From Dehalococcoidia bacterium (GTDB taxonomy: Bacteria > Chloroflexota > Dehalococcoidia > Lucifugimonadales > UBA2985), in NCBI GenBank assembly GCA_965263185.1, contig OZ253588.1:448895-512894 (forward strand): a DNA stretch of 64,000 bases, in the 5' to 3' direction. Below, one piece after another: positions 11,380 to 19,523 of the stretch. Each line of letters begins with the position of its first letter. Position 1 is the stretch's first letter. The notes under the pieces are model-generated. The model worked only from the letters and a program-made list of their open reading frames with translations. It had not been told where the DNA came from and did no database searches. The translations under genes were made by a program, and so were the position numbers.

Positions 11380-12061
11380 GACCCTCTTCCCAGGAAACCG
11401 CTCTCTCTATATCTTCCAGGGTGATTCCATAGGAACGGGCGAGAGCGTCTTTGCTGTCCCCAGCCTTTACCATGCCTGCGATATCGCTGGTTGGAATCCT
11501 CGTGCCTGCTATACAGGGGCGTCCAAACTGAACCCGTGGCTGCAACATTATGCCATCTTGAGCTTGCCAAGAATCGGCTATTCTCTTCTCGTTAAAAGTC
11601 AGTCCATGGACATTTACCAGGTTCTCTTGCACTAGCTCAGAGAAAGCAAGCTGTCCGTGCTTGCCTGCCACCATCAAGAGCGCTCCAATTTCAGCCCAGA
11701 TATCCGTGGAGCCCTGCTCTTCTGCCCATATTTGTTGGGTGGCGAATGGTCTGGGATGTTCCGTGACACGGCGTAGATCTGCCTCTGCCTTGCGAATCTT
11801 TGCAAAGCTGTACCGCATAGTACGCAAGAATGCAATAACGCGCATCGAGATCAGATCCTCGAAACTTATGAGCATCTTCCTGCCGGGGACCGAAACCAGC
11901 TTCGGGTGGGCCAAGCCGGAACGGATCCAACGTATAAGATGGCCGGAGTTAACTTTATAGCTCATGTCAGGAACCCGAATGTCGGTTAGCAGGATACGAG
12001 CAGCCTCAGTTAACTCATAGCTGCCTTCAAACTCTACATTCTCGGTGGTCTTCGCAGTCAT
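11366..12061 (-). CDS. DUF433-domain putative antitoxin with N-terminal HTH-like extension (VapB45-like)
   Basis: C-terminal QPRVQFGRPCIAGTRIPTSDIAGMVKAGDSKDALARSYGITLEDIERAV is a DUF433 signature. GGGAG lies upstream of the ATG. Confidence 0.65.
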   Translation of the reverse strand: MTAKTTENVEFEGSYELTEAARILLTDIRVPDMSYKVNSGHLIRWIRSGLAHPKLVSVPGRKMLISFEDLISMRVIAFLRTMRYSFAKIRKAEADLRRVTEHPRPFATQQIWAEEQGSTDIWAEIGALLMVAGKHGQLAFSELVQENLVNVHGLTFNEKRIADSWQAQDGIMLQPRVQFGRPCIAGTRIPTSDIAGMVKAGDSKDALARSYGITLEDIERAVSWEEGLAAA

Positions 12062-12380
12062 TTCTTAACTCCCATCCCTGCAACTACAAACTACTCAGGA
12101 CAGGTAGATTAACGCAACCCGGAGATGGCGGTCTCCAATTGACCTTGATATGCCCCCGTAACCTTCTGACTACGATATTGTATCGCAGTTCGCCATTTTT
12201 CTCTATGCCTCTTGCCTTGAAGAAATCCGTACACTTGACGAGGTAACCTTGTACCTTCGGGACATTTTTGCATAGCGCCGAAGCTTTGTCGGCGTTTAGG
12301 TTGGAAAAGCCTTACGTGAGTGCTGCTCACGGCCCTTGGTAATCCCTTGACATGCCCGCAAGCGCCGCCGCCCCGGTGGC

Positions 12381-13136
12381 CTAAGACTCCCTGAAGCCGC
12401 TTTGCCTTCCCAGGCGAAGCGCTCGCGGGATGGTTCGCGCCAACCGGAGCCACATTGGAGCCGCCAAGTACCACTCCATCATCCTTCTGATACGCTGGTC
12501 GGCGTTGCCCAGAAAGACCTGGCCGTGAGCAAGGCAGGCGATGTCAAAGTCCATCTCCGCAATCCTTCGCAGGGACTTTTCGTACAGCTTCATGTCGCTC
12601 TTGGGAAACGGCATAGAGGCCCCCACGTACTCCCCAGCGTTGACGACCATATCGCCCAGGAAGATGGCCTTATGCGACTCCAGGTAGAAGCAGACGCTCC
12701 CCGGCGTGTGCCCGGGGGTGTGTATGACCCTCAGCCCACCGAGGATCGGAAGCGCCTGGCCGTCCTCCAAGAGCCCGTCCGCCTCTATCCTGCGCAGAAA
12801 GGGTATGGGAAGGGGCGTTGAGCCGAAGATGCTGAGGTAGCTTACGAGATGGCGTCCCCGGCTATCGCGGCTGGTATCCGCCGGGTGGGCCAGAACCTGG
12901 ACGGGAGCCATGTCCTTGATTTCCGGCACGCTGCCGGTGTGGTCCGGGTGAGAGTGGGTTACCAGCAGCCGTTTCAGCTCATCCACCCTTCGCCCTATCC
13001 CCTCTATGTACTCGGCCACTATGCGGCCGTTGCCCGGATAGCCTGCATCCACCAGGGTCAGGTCCTCGTCCACCAGTAGATAGACGTTTACCCCCCTGGC
13101 CTTCCGGATGTGATGAATCCCGCTTACGATTTCCAT
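12381..13136 (-). CDS. MBL-fold metallo-hydrolase
   Basis: THSHPDHTG (HxHxDH) motif, later HTPGHTPG and a further Asp/His. Start at MEIVSG with GGGAGG 6 nt upstream; the ORF is open to 13154. Confidence 0.85.
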   Translation of the reverse strand: MEIVSGIHHIRKARGVNVYLLVDEDLTLVDAGYPGNGRIVAEYIEGIGRRVDELKRLLVTHSHPDHTGSVPEIKDMAPVQVLAHPADTSRDSRGRHLVSYLSIFGSTPLPIPFLRRIEADGLLEDGQALPILGGLRVIHTPGHTPGSVCFYLESHKAIFLGDMVVNAGEYVGASMPFPKSDMKLYEKSLRRIAEMDFDIACLAHGQVFLGNADQRIRRMMEWYLAAPMWLRLARTIPRALRLGRQSGFRES

Positions 13137-13166
13137 CGACTGCCTCCCAGTCATGGTTCTACAGGA

Positions 13167-14042
13167 TCACTGCTCCAGAACGATGTCTCCGCTCATTCCC
13201 CCGCTCTTCCTCACCAGCCGGATGCCGTCTATACGCATCCCCCTGTCCACGGCCTTGCACATATCGTAGATGGTGAGCGCGGCGACGCTTACGGCGGTGA
13301 GGGCTTCCATTTCCACCCCTGTCTTGGCCGTAGTCCGGGCCGTAGCTGTAATCAGCGCCTCGTTTGTCTCATCGTTCAGGCGCAGATCAACCTCCACCCT
13401 GTCCAGGGGCAGAGGATGGCAGAGAGGGATGAGCTCTGCGGTGCGCTTGGCTGCCATTATCCCCGCCAACCGCGCTACGGAGAGGACGTCCCCTTTTTCC
13501 ACGTTACCCTTCTTGATGAGCTCCAGGGTCTCCTTGCGCATCGAGACCGACCCCTTGGCCACGGCCTCCCGCGCCGTCTCCGGCTTCCAACCCACGTCCA
13601 CCATGCTGGCCCTGCCCTGCTCGTCCAAGTGGGTAAGCCGTGGGCCGTCCTCCGCGGCGGCCTTGCCGGTCGCCAGCATATCTGCGCGCTCGTTCTGCGG
13701 ATGGCCGGCGTGGCCGCGCACCCATTGCCAGGCCACCTCCCGATCTGCCGCCAGGCGGTCCAGCCGCTCCCACAGGTCTGTGTTGACGTTGCGTTTCCAC
13801 CCCTTGGTCATGGTGTTGATCAGGTAGCGGCTGTCGCTATGAATGGTAACTTGGGCGCCCGCCGGAGTGGCTTCCAGCCCCTTGATGGCAGCCATGAGCT
13901 CCATGCGGTTGTTTGTGGTTTTCTCCTCACGACCGGACAGCTCCGCGCTCCCGCCGTCCTGCTCAATGACCGCGCCCCAGCCGCCGGGGCCGGGGTTGTC
14001 CTGGCAGGCGCCGTCCGTGTAGATGTTGATTCCGTCTGGCAT
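13167..14042 (-). CDS. moaC: Fusion protein: RNase HI domain (N-terminal) + cyclic pyranopterin monophosphate synthase MoaC domain (C-terminal)
   Basis: N-terminal half: INIYTDGAC...[12 protein letters not shown]...IHSDSRYL...[15 protein letters not shown], with all four DEDD residues. C-terminal half: [27 protein letters not shown]...[10 protein letters not shown]...[25 protein letters not shown]. Single uninterrupted ORF. An alternative GTG start at 14093 has AGGAG 8 nt upstream. Confidence 0.8.
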   Translation of the reverse strand: MPDGINIYTDGACQDNPGPGGWGAVIEQDGGSAELSGREEKTTNNRMELMAAIKGLEATPAGAQVTIHSDSRYLINTMTKGWKRNVNTDLWERLDRLAADREVAWQWVRGHAGHPQNERADMLATGKAAAEDGPRLTHLDEQGRASMVDVGWKPETAREAVAKGSVSMRKETLELIKKGNVEKGDVLSVARLAGIMAAKRTAELIPLCHPLPLDRVEVDLRLNDETNEALITATARTTAKTGVEMEALTAVSVAALTIYDMCKAVDRGMRIDGIRLVRKSGGMSGDIVLEQ

Positions 14043-14122
14043 TTGGCTCAACCGTCCTGTATCACAGCAGTGGAACGGCCTTGGATGCGCCACGCATAAT
14101 GCTCCTGCGCTGAGCGCTCAAG

Positions 14123-15154
14123 CTATCCGCCGATCTGGTACATCTCCACCTTGCGCTGCGGAGTCTCGGTCAGAGAGGAGCGTATCTCGGAGTAGCGGTC
14201 TCTGCGCCGACCCCATACGTCCGTCACCAACGCCTCCAGGTCTTCGTCGCCGGCTCCCGCCCTCATAGGGCCGCGCAGGTCGCGTCCGTCCCCGGCAAAG
14301 AGGCAGGTGAACAGCTTCCCGTCCGTGGACAGGCGGGCGCGGGTGCAGCTGCTGCAGAAGGCCTCCGTGACCGACGAGATGAAGCCGACCTCTCCACTGC
14401 CATCCAGGTATCTGTACCGGTCTGCGACCTCGCCACGGTAGTTCTTGTCCACAGGCTCCAGGGGCCACTCGGCGTTGATGCGCCTCACCAGCTCCGCCGA
14501 TGAAACCACCTGGTCCAGCTTCCACCCGTTGATGTTCCCCACGTCCATGTACTCTATGAACCTTACAATGACGCCCGTGCCCTTGAAGTGCCTCAGAAGG
14601 TCGATGATGGTGTGGTCGTTCACGCCCTTCTGGACCACGGTGTTCACCTTTATGGGGCTCAGCCCCACACGTTCAGCCTCCTCGATTGCGTCCAGCACCG
14701 TCTTTACGCCATAGCCGCGGCCGTTCATCCGTCCGAAGACCTCGTCATCCAGGCTATCCAGACTGACAGTGATCCGCCGAAGGCCGGCGTCCCTGAGAGC
14801 CTGGGCCTTTGGGGACAGCAGGTAGCCGTTGGTTGTGAGAGTCAGGTCGTCTATGCCTTCGATTGCGGACAGCATGGCTATCAGCTTCTCCAGGCCCGTG
14901 CGTACCAGGGGCTCTCCTCCCGTCAGGCGCACCTTGTCAGTGCCCAGGCCCACGAAGATGCGAACCAGCCGCGTTATCTCCTCAAAGGTCAGTATCTCCT
15001 CCCGCGGCAGGAACTGGTACCTCTCTCCGTATATCTCGGCGGGCATGCAGTACGGGCAACGGAAGTTGCACCTGTCCGTGACGGAGACACGGAGGTCCTT
15101 CATCAGTCTACCGAAGACGTCCTCGATCTTCTTCACCGGCTGCGCCTTCAACAT
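14123..15154 (-). CDS. moaA: GTP 3',8-cyclase MoaA (radical SAM)
   Basis: LRVSVTDRCNFRCPYCMP CxxxCxxC cluster and C-terminal CSSCTRARLSTDGKLFTCLF second cluster. Start at MLKAQ with GGAG upstream; the ORF is open to 15202. Confidence 0.92.
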   Translation of the reverse strand: MLKAQPVKKIEDVFGRLMKDLRVSVTDRCNFRCPYCMPAEIYGERYQFLPREEILTFEEITRLVRIFVGLGTDKVRLTGGEPLVRTGLEKLIAMLSAIEGIDDLTLTTNGYLLSPKAQALRDAGLRRITVSLDSLDDEVFGRMNGRGYGVKTVLDAIEEAERVGLSPIKVNTVVQKGVNDHTIIDLLRHFKGTGVIVRFIEYMDVGNINGWKLDQVVSSAELVRRINAEWPLEPVDKNYRGEVADRYRYLDGSGEVGFISSVTEAFCSSCTRARLSTDGKLFTCLFAGDGRDLRGPMRAGAGDEDLEALVTDVWGRRRDRYSEIRSSLTETPQRKVEMYQIGG

Positions 15155-15244
15155 ATTCCACTCCGGGTACTCGGCGACTCTGCGCCCACGACCGCAATGC
15201 AACTCAACCCAGCGCCCATGCCCTTCCTCGTCTCCACGGCCGCA

Positions 15245-15853
15245 TCATCTCATGGCGGCTTGGGCGTTCAGGTACTCTACGGCTTTCCTGGCCGCCTGGC
15301 CGCGGTGGCTGATGCGGTTCTTCTCCTCCATGCTCATCTCCGCCATGAGCTTTCCCAGGGAGGACACGTAGAACACCGGATCGTAGCCAAACCCGCCCGT
15401 TCCCCGGGGACGCAGAGCTATTGCCCCTTCGCACACCCCCTCGAACAGCCTGACCTCCCCCCCGGGCGCGGCCACCGCTATGACGGAGCGAAAGCGCGCT
15501 CCACGCCTATTCCATTCTATACCTTCCAGCTTGGACAGTAAATACTGGACCCTGTCCGCGTCCGAGGCTTGGGGGCCGGCATAGCGAGCAGACATGACCC
15601 CCGGCTCACCCCCCAGGGCGTCCACCTCAAGGCCGGAGTCGTCTGCCACGGACAGCAGGCCGGCGGCTTCTGCAAAGGCCCTGGCCTTGAGCGCGGCGTT
15701 CTCTTGAAAGGTGTCTCCCGTCTCCTCCACCTCCAGCGCTATGCCCTCCTCCGCGGGAGCGACGATAGTAAATGGCGCCCCCTCCAGGAGCAGTGCCAAC
15801 TCACTCACCTTCCCAGGATTGTTGGTAGCCAGTAGCAGCTTGGGTCTACTCAT
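15245..15853 (-). CDS. rdgB: Non-canonical purine NTP pyrophosphatase (RdgB/HAM1 family)
   Basis: LLLATNNPGKVSEL...ETGDTFQENAALKA...DDSGLEVDALGGEPGVMSARY...GFGYDPVF...ISHRGQA. Internal ATG start chosen; the ORF is open to 16003. Confidence 0.9.
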   Translation of the reverse strand: MSRPKLLLATNNPGKVSELALLLEGAPFTIVAPAEEGIALEVEETGDTFQENAALKARAFAEAAGLLSVADDSGLEVDALGGEPGVMSARYAGPQASDADRVQYLLSKLEGIEWNRRGARFRSVIAVAAPGGEVRLFEGVCEGAIALRPRGTGGFGYDPVFYVSSLGKLMAEMSMEEKNRISHRGQAARKAVEYLNAQAAMR

Positions 15854-15876
15854 ACACGCAGGGACGCGCCCCCGGT

Positions 15877-16920
15877 CTAGACGCTGGAGGCCTCCATTGC
15901 CATGTCTGGTACATAGATGCCCTGCCGCGCCGCGCTGGAGAGCCTGGCCCGTTGATAGAAGGTCTGCTGGGCCAGATCCACGTTGCTCGCCTGGCCGCTC
16001 CACGCCTTCAACGGCGCCGCCTGGAGCGCTCGGCCGTAGGAGAAGCTGAGATGCCAGGGCGCGCCGACCTCCGCGGCTCGCCGGTTCACGGCGTTGAGAT
16101 TCATAATGGCTTCATCGTCGCCCTGGCCGCCGGACAGGAAGACCACGCCTGGGACTGCCGCGGGGATCACTCGCTTGAAGCAGGCCACGGTCTTCTCCCC
16201 CACCTCCTCCGGCCCGGCGCGGCCGGCGGCCCTGTTGCCCGATAGAACCATGCTGGGTTTCAGAAGCATCCCCTCAAGGAGCACCTTCTGCCTAGCGAGC
16301 TGAGAGAAGACCTCGCGCAGAGTGGCCGCACTGGCCTCCAAGCAACAGTCTATGCTGTGGTCACCATCCATAAGGACCTCAGGCTCCACAATGGGGACCA
16401 GCCCGGCTTCCTGGCTCAACGCGGCAAAGCGGGCCAGCGCGTGGGCGTTCACGTCAATGCAGTGCGCTGTCGGGATACCGTCGCCTATGGTGATCACCGC
16501 GCGCCACTTGGTGAAGCCTGCGCCCAGCTCGGCGTACTCCCTCAGCCTGTCTCTCAGGCCATCGAGTCCTTCGGTCATCAACTCATTGGGCGCGCCGGGG
16601 ATGGGTTGCGTCCCCTTGTCCACCTTTATGCCCGGAACAATGCCCTGGTCTGTGAGGACATTCACCAAGGGAGAGCCGTCCGCCCCGTTCTGACGGAGGG
16701 TCTCGTCGAACAAGATGATCCCGCTGATGAACTCGGACACGCCAGGAGTGCGGAAGAGCATCTCCCTGTAGTCCCTGCGGTTCTCCTCCGTAGACTCTAC
16801 GTTAATGGAATCAAACCGACGCTTGATGGTCCCGCTGCTTTCGTCTGCGGCCAGAACCCCCTTGCCCGACGCGAGCATGGCCTCAACTGTGTCTATCAGC
16901 TTTTGCGTCTCCATAAACAT
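15877..16920 (-). CDS. fba: Fructose-bisphosphate aldolase, class I
   Basis: GKGVLAADESSGTIKRRFDSINVESTEENRRDYREMLF is a classic class I (Schiff-base) aldolase N-terminus. 347 aa. Confidence 0.9.
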   Translation of the reverse strand: MFMETQKLIDTVEAMLASGKGVLAADESSGTIKRRFDSINVESTEENRRDYREMLFRTPGVSEFISGIILFDETLRQNGADGSPLVNVLTDQGIVPGIKVDKGTQPIPGAPNELMTEGLDGLRDRLREYAELGAGFTKWRAVITIGDGIPTAHCIDVNAHALARFAALSQEAGLVPIVEPEVLMDGDHSIDCCLEASAATLREVFSQLARQKVLLEGMLLKPSMVLSGNRAAGRAGPEEVGEKTVACFKRVIPAAVPGVVFLSGGQGDDEAIMNLNAVNRRAAEVGAPWHLSFSYGRALQAAPLKAWSGQASNVDLAQQTFYQRARLSSAARQGIYVPDMAMEASSV

Positions 16921-17020
16921 CTCCTTCCTGCGCAGAATCGACTTGATGCGCTAAGCAATAGGGACACCTGCCCTTATTTGGCGGTGTCCCTATTGAAGAG
17001 TCCCAGGTTGGCAGCTACGG

Positions 17021-18187
17021 CTACTGTTGTGAGGAGGGCGTGAGCGCCTCCTCTGTGCCGTTACGCACGGCGAACTGGCTTAGAAGGCCCTCCACCGTGT
17101 GCCGGAATCCGCTGTACTCCAACTCGTTGTAAGGCAGCATGGCAGCCCCGGACCAGCCCTGGTCCCTCATAGTCAACGCCTTCTCCTGGGCCTTGTTTCG
17201 CACGTAGTCCCAGGCCGGGTTGTCGAAGATGTCCACCACCTCGTCCGAGAAGCGGCCGTCCGCATCCAGCGAGAAGCCCACGCATGACACCAGAGGCAGG
17301 CAGTAGATGCCGGTGACGGGCGTGTTCAGCGGCACGGGCATGAGCGGCATGACGTGGGAGCCGCGGGCGTCGCCGCCGATGTAGTGAGCCTTGGTGAAGG
17401 GCGATATCAACTCCTCCGGAGCGGGGAAGACGCCCTGATTGCGAACAAGCGCAACCGGATCGTCCTTGCCGGTGTACGTCCCTGCTATGCTGTGCATCCG
17501 CTGCGCGGAGATGGCCGCCGCCGGCTCGTTGAAGGTGCGGGAGTAGATGGAGTCTATTCCAAACCGCTCGTTGTCACGGAGCAGCATGGCGATCTTGTAG
17601 TAGTCTTCCGGAGCGTTCAGTTCTATGATGCTGTCTCCACCGGTGTGGTCCATGTCAATGATGTTGAAGCGGAACCCCCCTATCAATCTGGGAAGCATCA
17701 AGCCTGCGCAGTACATGGGGTCGGCAAAGCCCAGGAACAGGGGGAGGTTGTAGGCTCCGGGGCCGCACTTGTCGGCGGCGAACATCATAAAGGACTCGGC
17801 GGGACGCACCGGGTTTGTCTTGATAGGGTCGTGCTCAAACTCCAATTCGGCCACGGCAGGGCCGGCGCCGCGGATGTTGCCCGATGGGGCATCCACCAAA
17901 AGGTCCTGGCCGGCTCCGTAGAGGCCGCCCTTCTGGGCAATGGCCGTGGCCTCCAGAAAGGTCTTCCAGGCGAACTGGTGAATCTCATCGTTGTTGGCGC
18001 CCTTGGTGTGTGACACGAGCATGGCAATGTCATCGCCGGTATGGGACACGAAGCCGTCTATCAGCAGGTTGCTGCTAATGGCGTCCGCGACCGCCTTCCT
18101 GGTGGCTTCCATCATTCCTGCTGACGGCTTTGTGTGACCTCCTATGGATCCCACATCGGCTTTCAGGATGGACAAAGTGATTCGCAT
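17021..18187 (-). CDS. fbp: Bifunctional fructose-1,6-bisphosphate aldolase/phosphatase (class V FBPase)
   Basis: MRITLSILKADVGSIGGHTKPS N-terminus and overall ~385 aa match the archaeal-type FBP aldolase/phosphatase. GGAGG lies upstream of the ATG at 18187. Confidence 0.9.
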   Translation of the reverse strand: MRITLSILKADVGSIGGHTKPSAGMMEATRKAVADAISSNLLIDGFVSHTGDDIAMLVSHTKGANNDEIHQFAWKTFLEATAIAQKGGLYGAGQDLLVDAPSGNIRGAGPAVAELEFEHDPIKTNPVRPAESFMMFAADKCGPGAYNLPLFLGFADPMYCAGLMLPRLIGGFRFNIIDMDHTGGDSIIELNAPEDYYKIAMLLRDNERFGIDSIYSRTFNEPAAAISAQRMHSIAGTYTGKDDPVALVRNQGVFPAPEELISPFTKAHYIGGDARGSHVMPLMPVPLNTPVTGIYCLPLVSCVGFSLDADGRFSDEVVDIFDNPAWDYVRNKAQEKALTMRDQGWSGAAMLPYNELEYSGFRHTVEGLLSQFAVRNGTEEALTPSSQQ

Positions 18188-18220
18188 GATTCCCCTCCAT
18201 CGCAAGTCGTACTTAAGGCC

Positions 18221-18250
18221 AGTATACCAACCTCATGGAGAAAGGGTCAA
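18221..18250 (-). promoter_or_regulatory. Candidate sigma-70-type promoter for fbp (TTGACC-N18-TATACT)
   Basis: Minus strand reads TTGACCctttctccatgaggttggTATACT, about 34 nt upstream of the fbp ATG and directly downstream of the hairpin that ends the DUF4145 cassette. Confidence 0.4.
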
Positions 18251-18299
18251 GGACGTAATAGCCACCGAGGGAAGTGCAAAAGTCCCTTAAGCAAATAAG

Positions 18300-18400
18300 G
18301 GAGGGGGCTGGGTTTCCTGCCCCCTCCCCCTTCGCCATTGCGTGTGCTTCAGCAACAACCGGATTGTTGTAATCCCTCGCACACATCACAAAGGCGATAC
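18300..18400 (-). repeat. Cassette-flanking repeat, copy A, with a perfect 10-bp GC hairpin (terminator-like on the minus strand)
   Basis: GGGAGGGGGC-tgggtttcct-GCCCCCTCCC at 18300-18329, then ttcgccattgcgtgtgcttcagcaacaacc...aaggcgatac. About 85% identical over its first ~42 nt to copy B at 19177-19260. Confidence 0.7.
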
Positions 18401-18433
18401 CCGCCTGTACCCGGAGTTACCCCGCTATGGGAC

Positions 18434-19045
18434 CTAAGTGGGTGTAGTACCCGATTGGTTCCCAAGCTCCTTGGTTCGGCGAACGTATTTGTCGACCCTA
18501 GCTTGATGCGTGTACACCGCCTCTAGGGCCGTGGCGAGGTAGTCTAGTATATCTTCCACTTCCTGAGAATCGAAAGTGTCGACATCAATGTCCTCATGCC
18601 CTGCGACATCGGCCCATAGGCGCAGTTGATCGACTCCTCCGTAAATCGCAGGTGTGATGAGCTGCTTCTCCACGAGATGCTTAAAGCTGGTTGCCTGTTT
18701 GTCTCGCAAAAACCTGATTAACACTGTGCGAGCGGCCATAAGAGCGCCGATGTTAGCGCCTGCGGCGTGAGCGCGACGAGCGTCCTCGTAGGCTTCCTTA
18801 ACTTTCTCTGGAATGAACTCAGGCGCTGGGGGGCTAGTCAGCGGCCACACTGCCCGATCCCCTACCACCACGAAGTGCCGTTCGCAAGCCTTACATTCCA
18901 CTGCCGACATTCCTCTTGGTGTCGTTACCCTATAGCGAGCCCTTATAGTAGAATGGATCCCTCCTACTGGGTAGACAATATCTTCAACAACGACTGGTTC
19001 ATTGACTGTATAGGCTCCGCAATGAGGACACTTCACACTAGCCAT
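18434..19045 (-). CDS. Zinc-ribbon + DUF4145-like domain protein (accessory, function unknown)
   Basis: N-terminal CPHC...CKAC pairs. C-terminal EAYEDARRAHAAGANIGALMAARTVLIRFL... helical domain resembles DUF4145. Lower GC than the flanks. Confidence 0.7.
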   Translation of the reverse strand: MASVKCPHCGAYTVNEPVVVEDIVYPVGGIHSTIRARYRVTTPRGMSAVECKACERHFVVVGDRAVWPLTSPPAPEFIPEKVKEAYEDARRAHAAGANIGALMAARTVLIRFLRDKQATSFKHLVEKQLITPAIYGGVDQLRLWADVAGHEDIDVDTFDSQEVEDILDYLATALEAVYTHQARVDKYVRRTKELGNQSGTTPT

Positions 19046-19159
19046 GACACCTTACCCTTAGGACAACTGCCGAATGAACAAATAGAATACTAGCCTGTAG
19101 GCCAAAACTCAAGGCCCTGGTTATGGTCAGATAGACTTCGGACACCAGCGAGAGAAATG

Positions 19160-19260
19160 AAGGGGCAGGTCATCCAGCCCCCTCCTCGTTCGCCACTGCG
19201 TGTGTTTCAGCAACCACCTGCAACTACTGTGTTTAAGCTGCAACCGCATCAAGGGCGATA
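19160..19260 (-). repeat. Cassette-flanking repeat, copy B
   Basis: gccccctcctcgttcgccactgcgtgtgtttcagcaaccacc...aagggcgata aligns with copy A. Preceded by the GGGGC..GCCCC hairpin (aggggcaggtcatccagcccc). Confidence 0.65.
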
Positions 19261-19352
19261 GACCCCAGCAATATCTGATATCCCGACCAAAAGAACTCGT
19301 CATGTGATCCGGCGATTCAAACTGAGACACTACCGTAGAGAATAAGCTGAGA

Positions 19353-19380
19353 TTGACAAATCACGCCCCTGTAGTACAAT
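19353..19380 (+). promoter_or_regulatory. Near-consensus promoter TTGACA-N16-TACAAT
   Basis: ttgacaaatcacgcccctgtagtacaat. The -35 is at 19353-19358 and the -10 at 19375-19380. Confidence 0.55.
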
Positions 19381-19385
19381 CATAC

Positions 19386-19523
19386 AGCCATCGACCGATA
19401 GGCGGCGGTGAGCCCGGCGAAAGCGCATAGCAGGGGGCCGCGGGGATCGTGAGACCACGACGGCACAGCAATACTACCGAGAAATTCGTACGGTCTTCCC
19501 CTGTACGGGGGAGGGCTTTTTTT
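19386..19523 (+). ncRNA. ~135-nt leader or small RNA ending in an intrinsic terminator whose 3' arm carries the SD of the downstream peptidase gene (class unknown)
   Basis: Hairpin CTTCCCC-tgtac-GGGGGAG (about 19494-19514) followed by ggcTTTTTTT. The TTG start of the next ORF lies inside the T-tract. I recognised no known riboswitch consensus. Confidence 0.4.

Noticed and set aside
12109-12474. 121-aa minus-strand ORF in the AT-richer spacer next to the toxin-antitoxin module
   Set aside because: The translation is basic and low-complexity, with no SD or motif, and it overlaps the 3' end of the MBL hydrolase gene.
15155-15244. Moco riboswitch upstream of moaA
   Set aside because: Only about 40-90 nt separate rdgB and moaA, which is too short for the ~130-nt Moco motif. 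No conserved elements were recognised.
19386-19523. Assignment of the peptidase leader to SRP RNA, 6S RNA, tmRNA or a known riboswitch class
   Set aside because: None of the signatures I know is present: the SRP GGAAGCAGC-type loop, the tmRNA 5' GGGG..., or the TPP, SAM, glycine, purine, ZTP, guanidine or fluoride cores. It is kept only as an unclassified leader or sRNA.
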